Below the pieces are notes generated by a model. The model saw only the letters and a list, made by a program, of their open reading frames with translations. It was not told where the DNA came from and made no database searches. A DNA stretch of 64,000 nucleotides from Scenedesmus sp. PABB004. Lineage: Eukaryota. Positions within the stretch are counted from its first letter, which is position 1; each line of letters opens with the position of its first letter. A program made the translations under genes and the position numbers. The DNA is taken from NCBI GenBank assembly GCA_014905635.1, contig JABVCE010000010.1, positions 186,001 to 250,000 of the forward strand, written 5' to 3'. Positions 1 through 12,921 of this stretch are shown piece after piece.

Positions 1-199
1 GCCGCGCCGCCGGCGGCGGCGGCGGCCGGCCCCGCGGCCCTGCAGGCGGTCGGCGCGCCCGCGACCGCGGCGCACGCGTGCGCCCGACCCGCGCCCAAGG
101 CGGCCAAGCTGCTGCAGATGGGCGGCCACCTCGCCGGCCTGAAGCCCCCGGCTGCCTCCACGGCCCGGCCGCGCCTGCCAGCAGTGCCAAGCGCGCACC

Positions 200-1266
200 A
201 TGCCCCCGGCGGCGGCGGCGGCGGCCACGCCGGCCGGCATGGACGCTGGCCCCCCGCCGCGCCCGGTGACGTGCCTCGGCGGCCGACCCGGCACCTTCAA
301 GCTCAGCGGCGCGGCGACCGCTGCCGGCGGCTCGTTTGGCAGCCCGGTCGCGGCGCCGCCGCCGCCCGCGCTGTTTGGTGGCCCCGCCCGCGGCGCCTTT
401 GCCAAGGGTGGCAGCATCTTCGCCAAGCAGCAGCTGCCGGCGAAGGCCCCCCAGCCCCTCCAGCACATCGCATCCGCGGCTGCCGCGCCCGGGCACGCGC
501 CCGCGCCGCCTGGCAGCGGCGGCAGGCCCGCCGGCACCGCGCCGCGCCCGGGCAGGCAGGCCGCAGGCCCGGGCCTGGGCGGCGCGCCGCGCGCGCCCGC
601 GCTGGCGGCCGCGCTGCCCGCCAGCGTCAAGGCGCCCGGCGAGACGGCGGCGCCCCCCGCCGCAGATGCCGCGCCCCCTGCCGCGGCGGCCGCGGCGCCC
701 CGCCCCGGCCCTGCCCTGCGAGCGCCGGGCACGCTGCCGGGCGGCAGCGCGTCGGGCGGCGCGGCGCGCCCCGGCGCGTCGGGCGGTGCGGCGCGCCCCG
801 GCGCGTCAGGCGGCAGGCGCGTCGCGCCTGGGCGCGTGGCGCCGCGGCGCTCCGCGTCGAGCGTCGCCGGCGTGGGCGCGGCGCTGGTGGAGCCTGGTGA
901 CGGCCACGACGGCGGCGGCGCGCTGCCGCCCCCCGCCTCCAGCCTGCTGCAAGACTCGGTGTCGCGCCTGGAGGAGGTGCGGGCGCCGCGCACGTGTCTG
1001 CCGCGCGGCGCCGCCACCGCCGCCAGCCACCCTGGCCTCACCGCCCGCCGCCGCCGCGCCCACAGCTGGCGCTGGTGAGCCGCCAGGTGGCTGACCAGCT
1101 GCTGGACACGCGCGTGCAGCTCGCGGTGCTCGGCGGCCGCACGGTGCGGCTGGATAACCCCATGCTCTCCTCGCGCATCGCGGCGCTGCACGCGGCGCTC
1201 GCGAGCGCCGAGGCGGCGTGGACGCCCGCGCGCGCCGCGGCCGCCGCGCCCGGTGCGGGCGCCTAG
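200..1266 (+). CDS. Hypothetical Ala/Pro/Gly-rich protein with a C-terminal helical/coiled-coil segment; 5' end uncertain and may lie outside the window
   Basis: ORF 200-976, GT-AG intron 977-1065, then exon LALVSRQVADQLLDTRVQLAVLGG...GA* ending TAG at 1266. No recognisable domain. Confidence 0.5.
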
Positions 1267-1299
1267 GCGTGCGGTGGTCGTGATGGGGGCTGGCATCAC

Positions 1300-1952
1300 G
1301 CGCGCTGAACGATCGCGCCGCGGGACGGGCAGAGGGTGACGCGGGTCTCTCGGCGTGTGGCGCGGCTGCCGCCTGCCGGCGCATGCAACTGCGGAGTGCC
1401 GTCATGCCGCTGGTGGTGCATGCAGGGGTGTGGCGCACCGCCGCCGCCGCCGCCGCAGAGAGCGCCCGCTGCGCTCCGGCCAGCGCGGGCCGTGCCGCCG
1501 CCCCGCCAGCACGGCGCCTGCTGCGGCGTGTCAGGAGCTGCACGTGCTGGGAGCGCCGTCGGGGTGTGCGCTGCCCCCGGCGGCGTGGACGCGCCCGTGC
1601 TTGATCACGGCAAGAACCGCAAAACCCGCGCACGTGGGTCGGGCGGCGGGCCATGTGGGGCAGGCGGGGCCCACGCCGCCGCGGCACCGCGCAACCCCCG
1701 CCCGCCCCCGGACCCCCAGCGCCCACGCCCGGGCGCCCCGCGCCGCGCCCGCGCACCCGAGCTCGGCGCGCCCTGCCTGCGCGCGGTGGCAGGCCGCCGG
1801 TGGTCGCCACCGACGGTCGCCGTCGCCGCCGTGGGCCCCGGCCCCGCGCTGCGCGCCCCGGCGCCCGCAGCGCGCCGCGCCGCGGCCCCCGGCATCAGCG
1901 CCCGGCCGGCCGCCCGGTGCCGCGCCTGGCCCGCCCCCGCGCGCCCGCGGGC
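1300..1952 (+). repeat. Left arm of ~650-bp inverted repeat (partner 5851-6510)
   Basis: Reverse complement matches 5851-6510 with small indels; e.g. gcgcgctgaacgatc at 1300 vs gatcgttcagcgcgc ending 6510. Identical shadow peptides appear on opposite strands in the ORF track. Confidence 0.92.
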
Positions 1953-2002
1953 GCCGCGCGCGCTGGCAAGCGGACTGCTGCAGGTGCCAAGGGTGCCAAG
2001 GG

Positions 2003-2007
2003 TTACA
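2003..2007 (-). promoter_or_regulatory. Possible TGTAA polyadenylation signal for the minus-strand gene at 3545-5811
   Basis: TTACA on + at 2003-2007. TGTAA is the established chlorophyte poly(A) signal and is rare at this GC content. It would imply a ~1.5-kb 3' UTR. Confidence 0.3.
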
Positions 2008-3544
2008 GAGCCGCCGCCGACGAGTCAAGTGCCGCCCGTCCGTCCTCGCAGTCGCAGGATGTGCAGCAGCAGCGTACAGACAGATCGGTGGTGGTCGCCT
2101 CGCGCGCCCCGAACGCTGCGCGTTGTACACAGAGCTCCTCCCTCCCCTGTTGCTCCCTCCCGCATCCGCAGGGGTGCCCGGCGAGGGCTGCTGCTGCTCA
2201 TGCGCGGGCGGGCCGCAGGGCCGCGCCGCCGCCGGAGCGGGCGAGCGCTGTCCAACCATGCACACGGGGCCGCGCACTCCCGGGTCCTCGCCCTGATCCT
2301 GAGCCGGCGTCGTCGTCGCCATCCGCCGCCAGCGATGTGATGTGATCCGGGCCATGCCATGCCATCCATGCGGGAGGCGATGGGGCGGCGCGGCGCGCGC
2401 GCCCCTGCAGCCTTCAGTGATGAGTCCGCGGGCACGTGCCAGGCCGGCAAGCAGCCACCCGCGCCCGTCCGTCCGTCCGTCCGCCACCTCGATCGAGCGC
2501 CCGTGCGCGCGTCGCCCGCCGCGGCGGGGCGAGCAAGCCGCGCCCAATCCCAATGAATCAGACCGGCGCGCGCAGCTGTGGCGCGGCGGCAATTCCGCGT
2601 CGCGCCTGCGCCGTGGGCACGCAACATGCATCCCTGGGTCCCCGGAGCAGCAGCGGGTCAGTGCGAGCCCAGCGCGCGGCGGGCGTCTGTCTGCGTGGGA
2701 ACGCGCGCGCGCGGCGTGGCGCGCGCCAGGGCGCGCCGCGGCCACCGCGCAGCGCAGCGCAGGCCGGCGGCGGCGCCCTGGCGCGGGCGCGCCAGGGCGC
2801 GCGCGTGCGAGGGTGGAGAGGGCGTGTGGGTGGGTGCAGTGCAATGTAGCAGACCGGACGGCCGTGCTGGCGGGGGGTCGGCAAGGCAAGGCCCGCCGCT
2901 GCTGTGCCAGCGTGCGTCAATCGGGGGCGAAGGTCAGCCGCGCACGCACCCGATAACCCTGCTGCCACACACGCGTGTCAAGCGCCCGCCGCGGACCGCG
3001 GCGGGCACACACAAAATCTCGTCGCGAGCGCCGGCCGCGAGGGAGCGGCCGCGCGTTTGATTGGTCGTCTTGTTGTTTGTTTGGTTGGTCGGGTGTTTGA
3101 GCAGTGCACGCGGCGCTGCAGGGCCACGAGAGAAATGCGTCTTAGGAGGGGGGCGGGCCTGCCTCGCGCGCCGTGACAGCACGCGCGCCAGCAGCACGCC
3201 GCGCCAGGGCGGCGCGGGCTGCGCCGCCGTGCCGAGGCGCGCGCGCGCGCGCGGCGCCGCGTCTGGTCTAACGAGCCACAGTGCCGCCAAGCTGCCATCT
3301 GCCAACATTATGAAACAACACTGAGACAATCCGCCGGGGGTGCGCACCGCCCGGGGCCCGAGGCCGGCCGCGCAGGCCAGCCCACGCCGGCACACACCCA
3401 CGAGCGGCCGCACGCAGCCGCCCAAGAGCCAACAGTGACCGCCGCCGAAGATGACGCAAGCCTAGCTTGCCGTGCGCAAGTGGTCTGCCGGGCGGGCGCT
3501 GCGCCTCGCCGTTGCTGCTGCGGCCGGGCCGCGCCGCCGCCGCA

Positions 3545-5811
3545 TCAGCAGCAGTCGCTGAGCAGGTCCTGCATGGACGGAAGGATGTCGTCGACCGCCT
3601 GCGCCGCCGCCGCGGCCGACCGCGCGGCGCCGGCGGGCGCGGCGGCGGCGCCGCCGCCCTGCTGCGCCGCCATCCAGCCGGCCTCAAAGCTCTGCGCCAG
3701 GCGCTGCTGCACGAGCTCGTCGACCATGGCCATCAGCGCCGGCGCCGGCGCCCCCGCCTCGCGCTGCGCCGCCGCCGCAACGGGCGCGGGCGTGGGCGCG
3801 GGCGCGGCGCGTGCGCGCCGCGCGCGCGGCAGCGCGGCGGGGCTGCTGCACCCGGCCGCGCCGCTGGGCGCCACGGGCGCAAACGCGGAGCGCCACGCGA
3901 GCTGCTGCGCGCCGAGGCTGCTCGCCGAGGGCGGCGGCGGCGCCGGCGCGCTCGCGGCGGCCGCGGCCAGCGGCACGCCGCGCACCGCGATCGGGGCGCT
4001 CGCGGTGCGCTGCGGCGGGCCGCCGGGGCCCCACGCGCAGAGCAGCTGCTGGAGCTCCGCGTCCACCGCGGGGTCGCGGCGCGCGCCGCCCGCGGGGCGG
4101 CTGCTAGCGCCGCCGGGCGAGGCGAGCAGCGCGCTGCCGGCCATGCTGCCGAGGCTGGCCGTGGACGTGTGCGCCACGGAGCGGCTCAGCGGAACCATGC
4201 GGCTCGCCGGCGGGGAGCCGGCGCACCCCAGCGCGGCGCTGCTGAGGCTGCCGCTGTGCGCGCGGTGCGGCCACGCGACCGCCTCGCTCAGCAGGCTGGC
4301 GCTGCCGGCGCTGCTGCCGCCGAGCGCGACGTACGCGCCGCGGGGCGCGGGGATGCCGATCGCCGCGCTCACGCCGGGGCGCTGCGCGCCGAGGGGCGTG
4401 GCCGCCGCAGCCGCCGCCGCCGCCGCCACCTCGGCGTCCGCGTCCGCGTCGGCGGCCGCGACCGCCGCCGCGAGCGGGCCGCCGCCGGCGGCCGAGCCGG
4501 CCGAGGCGGCAACCGAGGAGAGCCCCCAGTCCGCCGGGGCGGATGGGATGTCCAGCGCCAGCAGGCCGGCGCCCCCGCCGAGGCCGGGCCAGGCGCCGGG
4601 CAGCAGGTCGCCCGCGTCGGCCATGTCGACGTCGCAGCAGGCGCCGCGCGGGGTGAGGCCGCGCGGCACGCCGCCGCGCAGGCTGAGGCCCGGCGCGCAG
4701 GTCATGCTCGACCCCGCGGGGCTCGCGGCGCGGCTGGGCGCGGCCGCGGCGGCCGCTGCCGCGGCGGCGGCGGCCTTGGCCTTGGCCGCGGCGGCCTGCG
4801 CCGCCGCGTTGGCCTCCCGCAGGTACTGCTGCGCCTCCTCGGGCGAGAGCAGCTTGCCGCCCAGGCGCACGCGCGGGCCGCGCGCCACGGCGCCGCTGCT
4901 CGCGCTGCTGGCGGCGCGGGCGCCGCGGCTGCTCGCGCTGCTGGTCGGCTTGAGGCCGCCGCTGCTCACAGCGCGCCGCGCGCCGGAGCGCTTTGGCGCG
5001 GCGGCCGGCGCGGCCGCCTTGGCGCCGGCGCCGCGGCCGCGCGGCGCCGGCGCGCCGGCGGGCTCGCTCGCGGCGGGCGCGCAGCTCGTGCGGGCCAGCG
5101 CGTCGCCGGACGCCTCCGAGGTGCGCCGGCTGTCGCCGAGCGCGCCGCTCGCGGCCGAGGGCGTCGCGGGGCGGCGGTGCGCCTCCAGGCTGGGGCTGTG
5201 CGTGCCCGGGGACGACGGCGTGCTGCACGGCTCCAGCGCCGGCGCGCCGTCGGTGCACGACGCCGACACGACGGAGCACACGCGCTTCAGGCCGCACGGG
5301 CGCGCCCCGCTCGCGTCGGCGGGGTCCTGCCGGCGGCGGGCGGAGAGAGGCGCGTCGGCGCGGGCGCGGCGCAGCGGCGCTGCAGGGGCAGCAGGGGCAG
5401 CAGCGGCAGCAGCGGCAGCAGCGGCCACCACTGCCGCCGCTGCGCGGCGCGAGCGCCGCCGCCGCCGCGCGGCGCGCCGGCAGCGCACCCAGGAGCTCGA
5501 CACCAGCTCGCCGCCCAGCTCCTCGCAGCCGCGCTTGCGCAGCGAAAAGGAGCTCGTCTCCGCTTCGGACGGCGCGTCGGCGGGCCAGCGAGGCTCCTGC
5601 GTGCGCGGGCGGCGCAGATCATGAGGGGGGCCGCGCGCTGCGCCATGCCCGGCACCCAGCGCCCAGGCGCCCCCGCCGGGCCCGGCGCCCTTGCCCCGCG
5701 CGCCCAGGGCATCGTCCCCACCTGATCAGCGGCGCAGGGCGCGCCCGGGTGCTCGTTCTGGCGCACTTCGGCGGCGAGCCAGGCCGGCGCGTGCCAGGCG
5801 GGCAGCGCCAT
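3545..5811 (-). CDS. Hypothetical low-complexity Ala/Ser/Pro-rich protein
   Basis: ATG at 5811 (MALPAWHAPAWLAAEVRQNEHPG), GT-AG intron ~5721-5596, then a long ORF ending DDILPSMQDLLSDCC* at 3545. Further introns possible. Confidence 0.55.
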
Positions 5812-5850
5812 GGCGAGACGCTCGCCCTGGCGCTGGGCTGAAGCGACGCG

Positions 5851-6510
5851 GCCCGCGGGCGCGCGGCGGGCGGGCCAGGCGGCGGCACCGGGCGGCCGGC
5901 CGGGCGCTGATGCCGGGGGCCGCGGCGGGGCGCGCTGCGGGCGCCGGGGCGCGCAGCGCGGGGCCGGGGCCCACGGCGGCGACGGCGACCGTCGGTGGCG
6001 ACCGCCGGCGGCCTGCCACCGCGCGCAGGCAGGGCGCGCCGAGCTCGGGTGCGCGGGCGCGGCGCGGGGCGCCCGGGCGTGGGCGCTGGGGGTCCGGGGG
6101 CGGGCGGGGGTTGCGCGGTGCCGCGGCGGCGTGGGCCCCGCCTGCCCCACATGGCCCGCCGCCCGACCCACGTGCGCGGGTTTTGCGGTTCTCGCCGTGA
6201 TCAAGCACGGGCGCGTCCACGCCGCCCGGGGGCAGCGCACACCCCGACGGCGCTCCCAGCACGTGCAGCTCCTGACACGCCGCAGCAGGCGCCGTGCTGG
6301 CGGGGCGGCGGCACGGCCCGCGCTGGCCGGAGCGCAGCGGGCGCTCTCTGCGGCGGCGGCGGCGGCGGTGCGCCACACCCCTGCATGCACCACCAGCGGC
6401 ATGACGGCACTCTGCAGTTGCCGGCACGCGGCAGCCGCGCCACGCCGAGAGACCGGCGAGACCCGCGTCACCCTCTGCCCCCCCCCCCCCCGCGTGATCG
6501 TTCAGCGCGC
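5851..6510 (-). repeat. Right arm of ~650-bp inverted repeat (partner 1300-1952)
   Basis: Fills almost the whole spacer between the RRM gene stop (6515) and the ATG at 5811. Confidence 0.92.
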
Positions 6511-6514
6511 ACTT

Positions 6515-7187
6515 CTACTGCTGCGGCCAGTACTGGTAGGCCTGGTGCTGCTGCTGGTAGGCCTGGTGCTGCTGCGGCGCGACCGCCGGCAGCCCTGCGG
6601 CCGCGACGACGAGCGGCGCCGCCGCCGCGCCCGGCTGCTGCTGCTGCGGCCACGCGTAGCCCGCGGCCGGCGCCTGGCCGTAGCCCGCGGCCGGCGGCTG
6701 CTGCGGTGCGTACGCCTGCGGCTGCACTGCCTGCTGCGGCTGCCCGTAGCCGGGGCCGCCGCCGATGCTGTACGGCGCCTGCTGCGGCGCCTGCACTGCC
6801 TGCGCAGCATAGCCCTGCAGCGCCGCGGGCAGCGAGCTCTGGTATCCCCCCGCCACCGCCGGCGACGGCGCCGCCGCCGCCGCCGCCGCCGCCCAGCTGC
6901 TGGCGCCGCCGTAGCCGCCGCCCGAGGGCGCGGCGGCCTGGTAGCCGTACGGCTGCTGCTGCGGCGCCTGCTGCTGCTGCGCCTGCTGCAGCTGGTGCTG
7001 CGCCTGCTGCAGCTGCTGCGCCTGCTGCTGCTGCGCCTGCTGCTGGTAGCCGTGTGGCTGCTGGTAGAAGCCCTGCTGCTGCGCCTGCGCGTGAGGGTAA
7101 CCCTGCTGCTGCTGCTGCGCCTGCGCGTGGGGGAAGCCCTGCAGCTGCTGCGCCTGCTGGTAGCCTTGCTGCTGCGGGTAGCCGTAC

Positions 7188-7238
<51 letters not shown>

Positions 7239-8342
7239 GGCGGCGGCGGCGGCACCCCGCGGTGCGCGGGCTGCCCCCCGCCGCCGCCGCTGAACGCGAA
7301 CGCCGCGCCGCCGCGCTCCAGCCGCGCCGCCGCCTCGGCCGCCGCCGCCGCCGCGCGCGCCTGCCAGTCCGAGACGGGCACGGGCACGGGCACGGGCGCC
7401 GGCGGCGCGGGCGGGGCCGCCGGCGCGGGGCGGGCGTCGTACGAGCGCCGCGCGTGGTCCCAGTCGTGGTCACGCTCGCGGCCGAGCTCGGCGCCGCCGC
7501 CGCCGCGCTGCGCCGCCGCCGCCGCCGCGGTGCGGCTGCTGCTGAGGGCGTACGGCGCGTAGCGCGGCGCCGCCGCCGGGGCGCGCCGTGCCTGCGGCGA
7601 GGCGGCGGCAGGCGCCGGCGCGGCGCGGCGAGGTGGGCGGCTTGGGGCGCTCGGGCGCCGCGCGGCGCGGCGGCCGTGCGCGCGCCGCGGCGCACCACTG
7701 CTGCCGCGGGCGGCGGCGCCTCGCCGGCGGCGAGGAGGCGCTTCACGCGCTCCAGCAGCGCGTGGTGCTCCTGCGTGATGTCGGCGGCGTCCACCTCCTG
7801 CGCGCGGCGCGCGACGCCCGGCGCGCAGCGCCGCGGCGGCGCGGCTGAGACGGCGGCGGGGGCACCGGCTGAGACGGCGGGGCTGGCCCGGGGCGCACCC
7901 GGTTGGCAAAGTTGACGTTGGCGGGCGTGCCGAAGAGGCTCAGCAGGCCCCGGTACAGCCCCAGGCAGTAGATCGCGCTCGCCTGCGCGGCGCGGCGGCG
8001 CGGCGCGGCGCGCGGCGGCAAGGCTCGGCGCGGCTCGGCTCGGCGCTGCGTGCGTCGCTGGTGGCGCCGGGCCTCGCACCAGGTCGTGGTAGGAGATGAA
8101 GGCGATGGACTTCCTGCCGCCGTCGGCGTGCTGCACGTGCACGCGCTGCACCGGCCCTGCCTGCCGCGCGCGGCGCGGAGCCGGCGGCGCACGCGTGAGC
8201 AGCGGCTCGGCGCGGTGGTTGGACCGCCGCCGCGGCGCACCTGGACGCCCAGCTCGAAGATGAGGCGCTCCGTGACGAGCGGCTCGAGGTTTCCTAGGAA
8301 GATGGTGCAGCTCGGCGCCTTGATGTGCGTGTGCGCCGCCAT
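6515..8342 (-). CDS. RRM RNA-binding protein (RBM7/SF3B4-like N-terminal RRM) with a Q/Y/G/P-rich low-complexity C-terminus
   Basis: Exons give TIFLGNLEPLVTERLIFELGVQ|AGPVQRVHV...KSIAFISYHDL|ASAIYCLGLYRG.LSLFGTPANVNFAN (RNP2/RNP1-like). The tail has polyQ and YGY/QQ repeats and ends YQYWPQQ*. Confidence 0.75.
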
Positions 8343-8825
8343 CGCGCCGCGGCGGTGGCGTCGCGGGCGGCGCGCTGCTGCTGTTGCCCGGGCCGCCGGC
8401 ACGCCTTGGTGCGGGCGGGGTTGTGGAGAGCGAGATGCCAGTGCGGGGATGGAGGGACCGCATTAGCAGAGGGCGCACGGGCTGTGCGGCATAGCACCCG
8501 AACGGACGCCGCCGAGCTCTGCGCCGCTGCGCCGCTGCGCCGCTGCGCCGCTGCGCCGCTGCGCCGGCGCCGCGGCCCCTCAACCTCTCCGCCCGCTGCC
8601 GCGAGAAGGGCACCGCCGAGATCACCGCCCCGTCCCCCGGCGCGCCCGGCAGGCGCCGCAGGGCCAACACCACCTCGCCTCCGCCCGCCCTTCGCCGGCC
8701 CCGCCCGCCCCGCCGCCCCTCTCGCTCCCGCTCACCGCGGGCGCGCGGCGGCCACACGCGCGGCGCCTGGGCCCGGGCAGCGCCGGGCATCGGCGGGCAG
8801 CGCCTCCGACGCGGAGGCGGGCGCC

Positions 8826-10260
8826 ATGGCGGACAAAGTGAGCGCCGAGGAGGCGTACTATGTCGTCCTGCGCACGGTGGTGGCGGGCAAGCAGACAAAC
8901 TGGGTGCGGCGGCGCCGGCGGCGGCAGCGGCGGCAGCGGCGCCGCCGCTGCTCTCCTCGCCCCGCCCCGCACACTGCCGTGGCCGCTCCGCGGCGCGCGC
9001 CGACGCGCTCCCCCGCGCGCTCGCAGGCGGTGATGGGGCACATGGCGCAGCTGCGCCAGCTCATGGGCGTGTCGGACGACCTGCACAAGGTGCGATCCGC
9101 GCCGGCCTGGGCGCTGCAGCAGTGGCCGCCTGCGGCAGCGGGCCCAGCGGCGGCGGCGGGGAGCAACGGAGCCCACGCAGCGGAGCCGACGCAGCGGGCA
9201 GGGGGCCACACCGCGCAGCGGGCCACGGGCAGTGCTGCCAGCGCGTGCTGGCGGCCCCGCGCTGGCGCTCAGCCCCGTGCCCCCGCGCCCTGCCCTGCCG
9301 CCCCCCACACCCACGCAGCAATACATGGAGGCCATCGCCGCCGACCCCGACGTCTGCGCCATCAACGGCTCCCAGCCGCCGCCGCCAAAGCGCCAGAAAA
9401 CGGGGCCCGGCGGCCCCCGCGGCGCCGCGCCGGGCGGCAAGGCGCGCCCGCGCCCCGGGCGCTCGAGCGACGCCGCCTATGCGCCGCCGCCGCCGACGTA
9501 CGGCCTGCCCCACCGCATCGCGCCCAGCCAGGGTGCGCCCCGCGGGCGCCGTGCCGCGCCCGCGCCGCGCCGCGCCGCGCCGCCGGCCTGCTCCCCGCCC
9601 GCGCGCGCCCCGCCCCGCGCGCCGCTCGCGGCGCCCGGCGCCCCCCGACCGCGCCCGCGCCGCCGCCCGCGGCCGCGCCCGCGCCCCGTCGCGGCGCGAC
9701 CGCGCAGACCCGCACGGCCTGGTTGGGTGCCGCGTCAACATCATCCAGGAGGACGACAGCGTGATGGAGGGCATGGTCGTGGACTTCACTCCCTCCACCG
9801 GCGCGCACTACGTGCTCGTGGGCCTCGGCACGCCCGACGAGGCCGGCGACGCGCTGCCGCTGCTGGAGTACCCGGAGAGCTACCAGGTGGCTGTGGGTGG
9901 GGTGTGGGTGTGGGGTGGGGGCGCAAGAGGGGCGCAAGGGGGGCGCTAGGGGTGGGGGGGGGATGTCAAAAGGGCGGGCGGGCGGGCAGCGCGGCGCGCG
10001 CGCCGCTGCGCGCGCGGGCGCTGCGCCGCCGCCGGGGCGCGCGCGCGCGCGGCCCACCGCGCCGCGCCGCGCCGCGCCGCGCCGCGCCGCAGAACCTGGG
10101 GCTGCACCCGGATTACGTGCCGCCCGCGCCTCCGGCGATGCCGGCGTCGATGCCGCCGCCCGCGGCGCGGCCGCGCACGAGCAGCTACAGCGGCGCAGGC
10201 GGCAGCGGCGGCGGCGGCGGCGCGCGCGCGCCGAAGCAGCGCAAGCAGCCCACCGTGCGC

Positions 10261-10299
<39 letters not shown>

Positions 10300-10509
10300 C
10301 GGCTCGGCGCGGCGCCGTTCAACCCCGCGGCGCTCGACGCGCGGCTGGTGGTGGCGGACCTGCCCGAGCTGGCCAACATGCTCGCGGCCATCAGCCGCAA
10401 GGAGCGCGCGATCCTGGCCGAGATGGAGGCGGCGGGGCTGGTGGACGAGGAGCTCAGCCGCAGCGTGATGCAGCGCGACGAGCTCGTGCGCCAGGTCAGC
10501 GCGCACTGA
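8826..10509 (+). CDS. EML: EMSY-like chromatin reader (ENT domain + Tudor/Agenet domain)
   Basis: Spliced N-terminus EEAYYVVLRTVV...W|AVMGHMAQLRQLMGVSDDLHK|QYMEAIAADP matches the ENT pattern. LVGCRVNIIQEDDSVMEGMVVDFTPSTGAHYVL resembles the plant EML Tudor/Agenet domain. C-terminal helix ends RQVSAH*. Confidence 0.75.
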
Positions 10510-11854
10510 GGGGCGCGCGCGGCGCGCGCCGGCAAGTTTGCGTCGCGACTGCGCGCGCGCGCGCGTGTGCCTGGCCGCGGGCGCGTGGAGCGTTGCTTCT
10601 GCTGCTGCTGCTGCTGCTGCTGCGCGGCAGCTTTTATTCGCGCCGCCCGACGAGGCGCTGCAACAGTGCCCCTGCGCCGCCGCCCGCGCTGCCGCCGCCG
10701 CCGCCACCCGCGCCCGCGCCCGAGCCTCGCCGCCGGGGGTGCACACCAGGGCCCGCGCCGCCGCGCGGCAGTCGCTCCCACACGCGCGCGGTCAGCGCTC
10801 CGCGGTGGTGGTCGGCGGGCGCAGGGCGGACCGCCGCTCGGGCTGCCAGGCCTTGGACCAGCCCTCGACGCGCGCGCGCCGCCGCGCCGCGCACAGACCA
10901 GCTCGCGGCTCGGGCACGCTGCCCGCAAGCACGAACGCGTCCGGCGCGGCGAGCGCCAGCGCGCAGATTAGCGCCCCGCGCAGGGCGTCCATCACGCCGG
11001 CGCCCGCGCATTTCGGCCGGCCCGCAGTGCCCCGGGTGCGCCGCCGCGCGCGCGCGGCGCGTCGCTGCCGCGGCGCGCTCGCGGGCCCGGGGCTGCCCCG
11101 GGCCCCCGCGTTGCCGTCCGCGCCCGCCGCGCCCGCCGCCCTGCCTGACCCGGCCTCCCGCGTCGCAGGTGCCACGCACGGCGCCCGCGGCGGCCCTCGA
11201 GCCCGCGCAGCGCGCGTGGCCGAGCCACCACATGTCGGTCGCCACGGCGCACGCGATGTCGCCGCAGAGCACGTGGATGCAGAGCGCGCTCTTCGCGCCG
11301 TCGCCGGCGGCGCAGGCGCCGCGCAGCTGCGCGGCGCCGGGTGACGCGTCGCTGGCGGCGGCCCGCCACGCGCTGCACGCGCCCGGCGGCGGATACGGCG
11401 AGGACCAGAGCCCGCGGCGCAGCAGCTATAGCGTGCAGGTGCACCAGGCGGCGTGCGTCGCGGAGCCCGCCCCGCCGCAGCCGCGCAGCGCGAGCCAGCC
11501 ACATGCGCGTGCGTCGATGGACTGCGACGCGCACCAGCTCGCCGCGCTGCAGCAGCAGGTCGCGGCGCTGCAGGCGCGCCGCGCGGGGGGCCCGGCCCGG
11601 GCTTCCCCAGCGCTCCCTCCGGCGGCCCCTACGCGCGCCAGCAGCACCAGATCGCCGCGGCGGCGGCGGCCGCCGCCGCCGTGGCGGTGCAGAGCCGCCG
11701 CGCGAGCATCGACCGCGCGATGGCTGCGGCGCGGCGCAACAGCCTCGACGTCGCCGCCGCCGCCGTGGCGGCCCGGCGCGCGAGCATCGACGCCGCGCAC
11801 GCGCACGCCGCGGCGGTGGCGCGGCGCGAGAGCATGGACGCCGCGCACGCGCAC
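10465..11854 (+). repeat. Left arm of ~1.4-kb near-identical inverted duplication (partner 14228-15675)
   Basis: Begins inside the last EML exon (gtgatgcagcgcgacgag) and ends in the 48-bp repeat array. Matches the reverse complement of 14228-15675. Confidence 0.95.
11232..11854 (+). pseudogene. 5' part only (3'-truncated duplicate) of the gene at 12922-14907
   Basis: Same MSVATAHAMSPQSTWMQ start. Homology stops at 11854 and the frame runs into unrelated sequence (stop at 12076). Confidence 0.75.
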
Positions 11855-12921
11855 CCGGCCTTCACGCGGCCTCCCGCGTCGGACGATCGGGGCGCAGGGC
11901 TTCCGTTACTCTCTAGGTCGCAACCGCGCCATGGCGGCATGTCGCGCGCGCTCGCCTCATCACAGTGCAACCGGCAGCGCACGCATGCCGCGCCCGCTGC
12001 TGGAGCCAGGCGCAACGCAGCAGGGGCAAGGGAAAATCAGTGGGGGCCGGCATTCAATCACCATCACGTCAGATGACGACGTGCGAGGCAAGTGATGATG
12101 AGGCCGGCCGGGGCGCACGCGCTTGGCCGCGACCCCGGCCGGCCGTGCTGCAGTGCCGTCAAACGGAGGCAAGCGGGTGGGCCGCTCGTGGCACCGCTCC
12201 CTCTCATGTGCCTGGTCGGCAGCAGAAGCATCAAACGCGCCCGCGTGAATGGGGAGCTCTCAAGCAGTGCGGGGGTCGTGTGCGGGCGTGCGTGGGTGTG
12301 TGCGTGTGCGTTTGGACGCGTGTCCATCCAGCCGAGCCACGTGCGCGTGGCTCCCAATTGGGGGCGCGGCGCCGCGCGCGCTTCCAACACAAAACTCGAG
12401 CGCGCCGCAGGTGGGCGGGTCCTCATCATTATTCCTGGCCCCGCCCGCGCTCCCCAAACGCGCTCGCCGAGCGCCCCCCGCGGCGGCGGGCGGGCGTGCC
12501 TGCTGGCCCCGCCGCCAACCGGCCGCGCGCTCGCGCACACTCGCACGCGCGGACGTGCAGAGAGGCCCCCCCCCCTCCCACACTCTACGCTGCTGCTGCT
12601 CGACCAGCGCGGCAAGGTAAGCATGCGTAGTCGCGCGCCAATGCGTGCCGGCTGGCGGCAGCGCAATGCAGCGCGGCAAACGTGGACGAGCGCGCGCGTA
12701 GCTGACAACGTGCATAGCTGCCGACCCAACCCTGCCGCCCGCCCAGCGCGCAGCCGTGGCGGCACGTTATGTGCGCACCCCGCCCGCGCGAGCGCGGCGG
12801 TGGCGCGCTTTCCCCCTTTCCCCGTGATCATGATGATGGCGGCAACCCATCAAGCATGGTTTGATTATTGCGCCCGCCCCGCGCGTGAGTGCGTGCGGCG
12901 GCGGCGCGCGCGCGCGCGCGC

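Noticed and set aside
2010..3540. ORFs between the first repeat arm and the 3545 stop codon
   Set aside because: No coding-like composition or motifs; probably UTR or intergenic.
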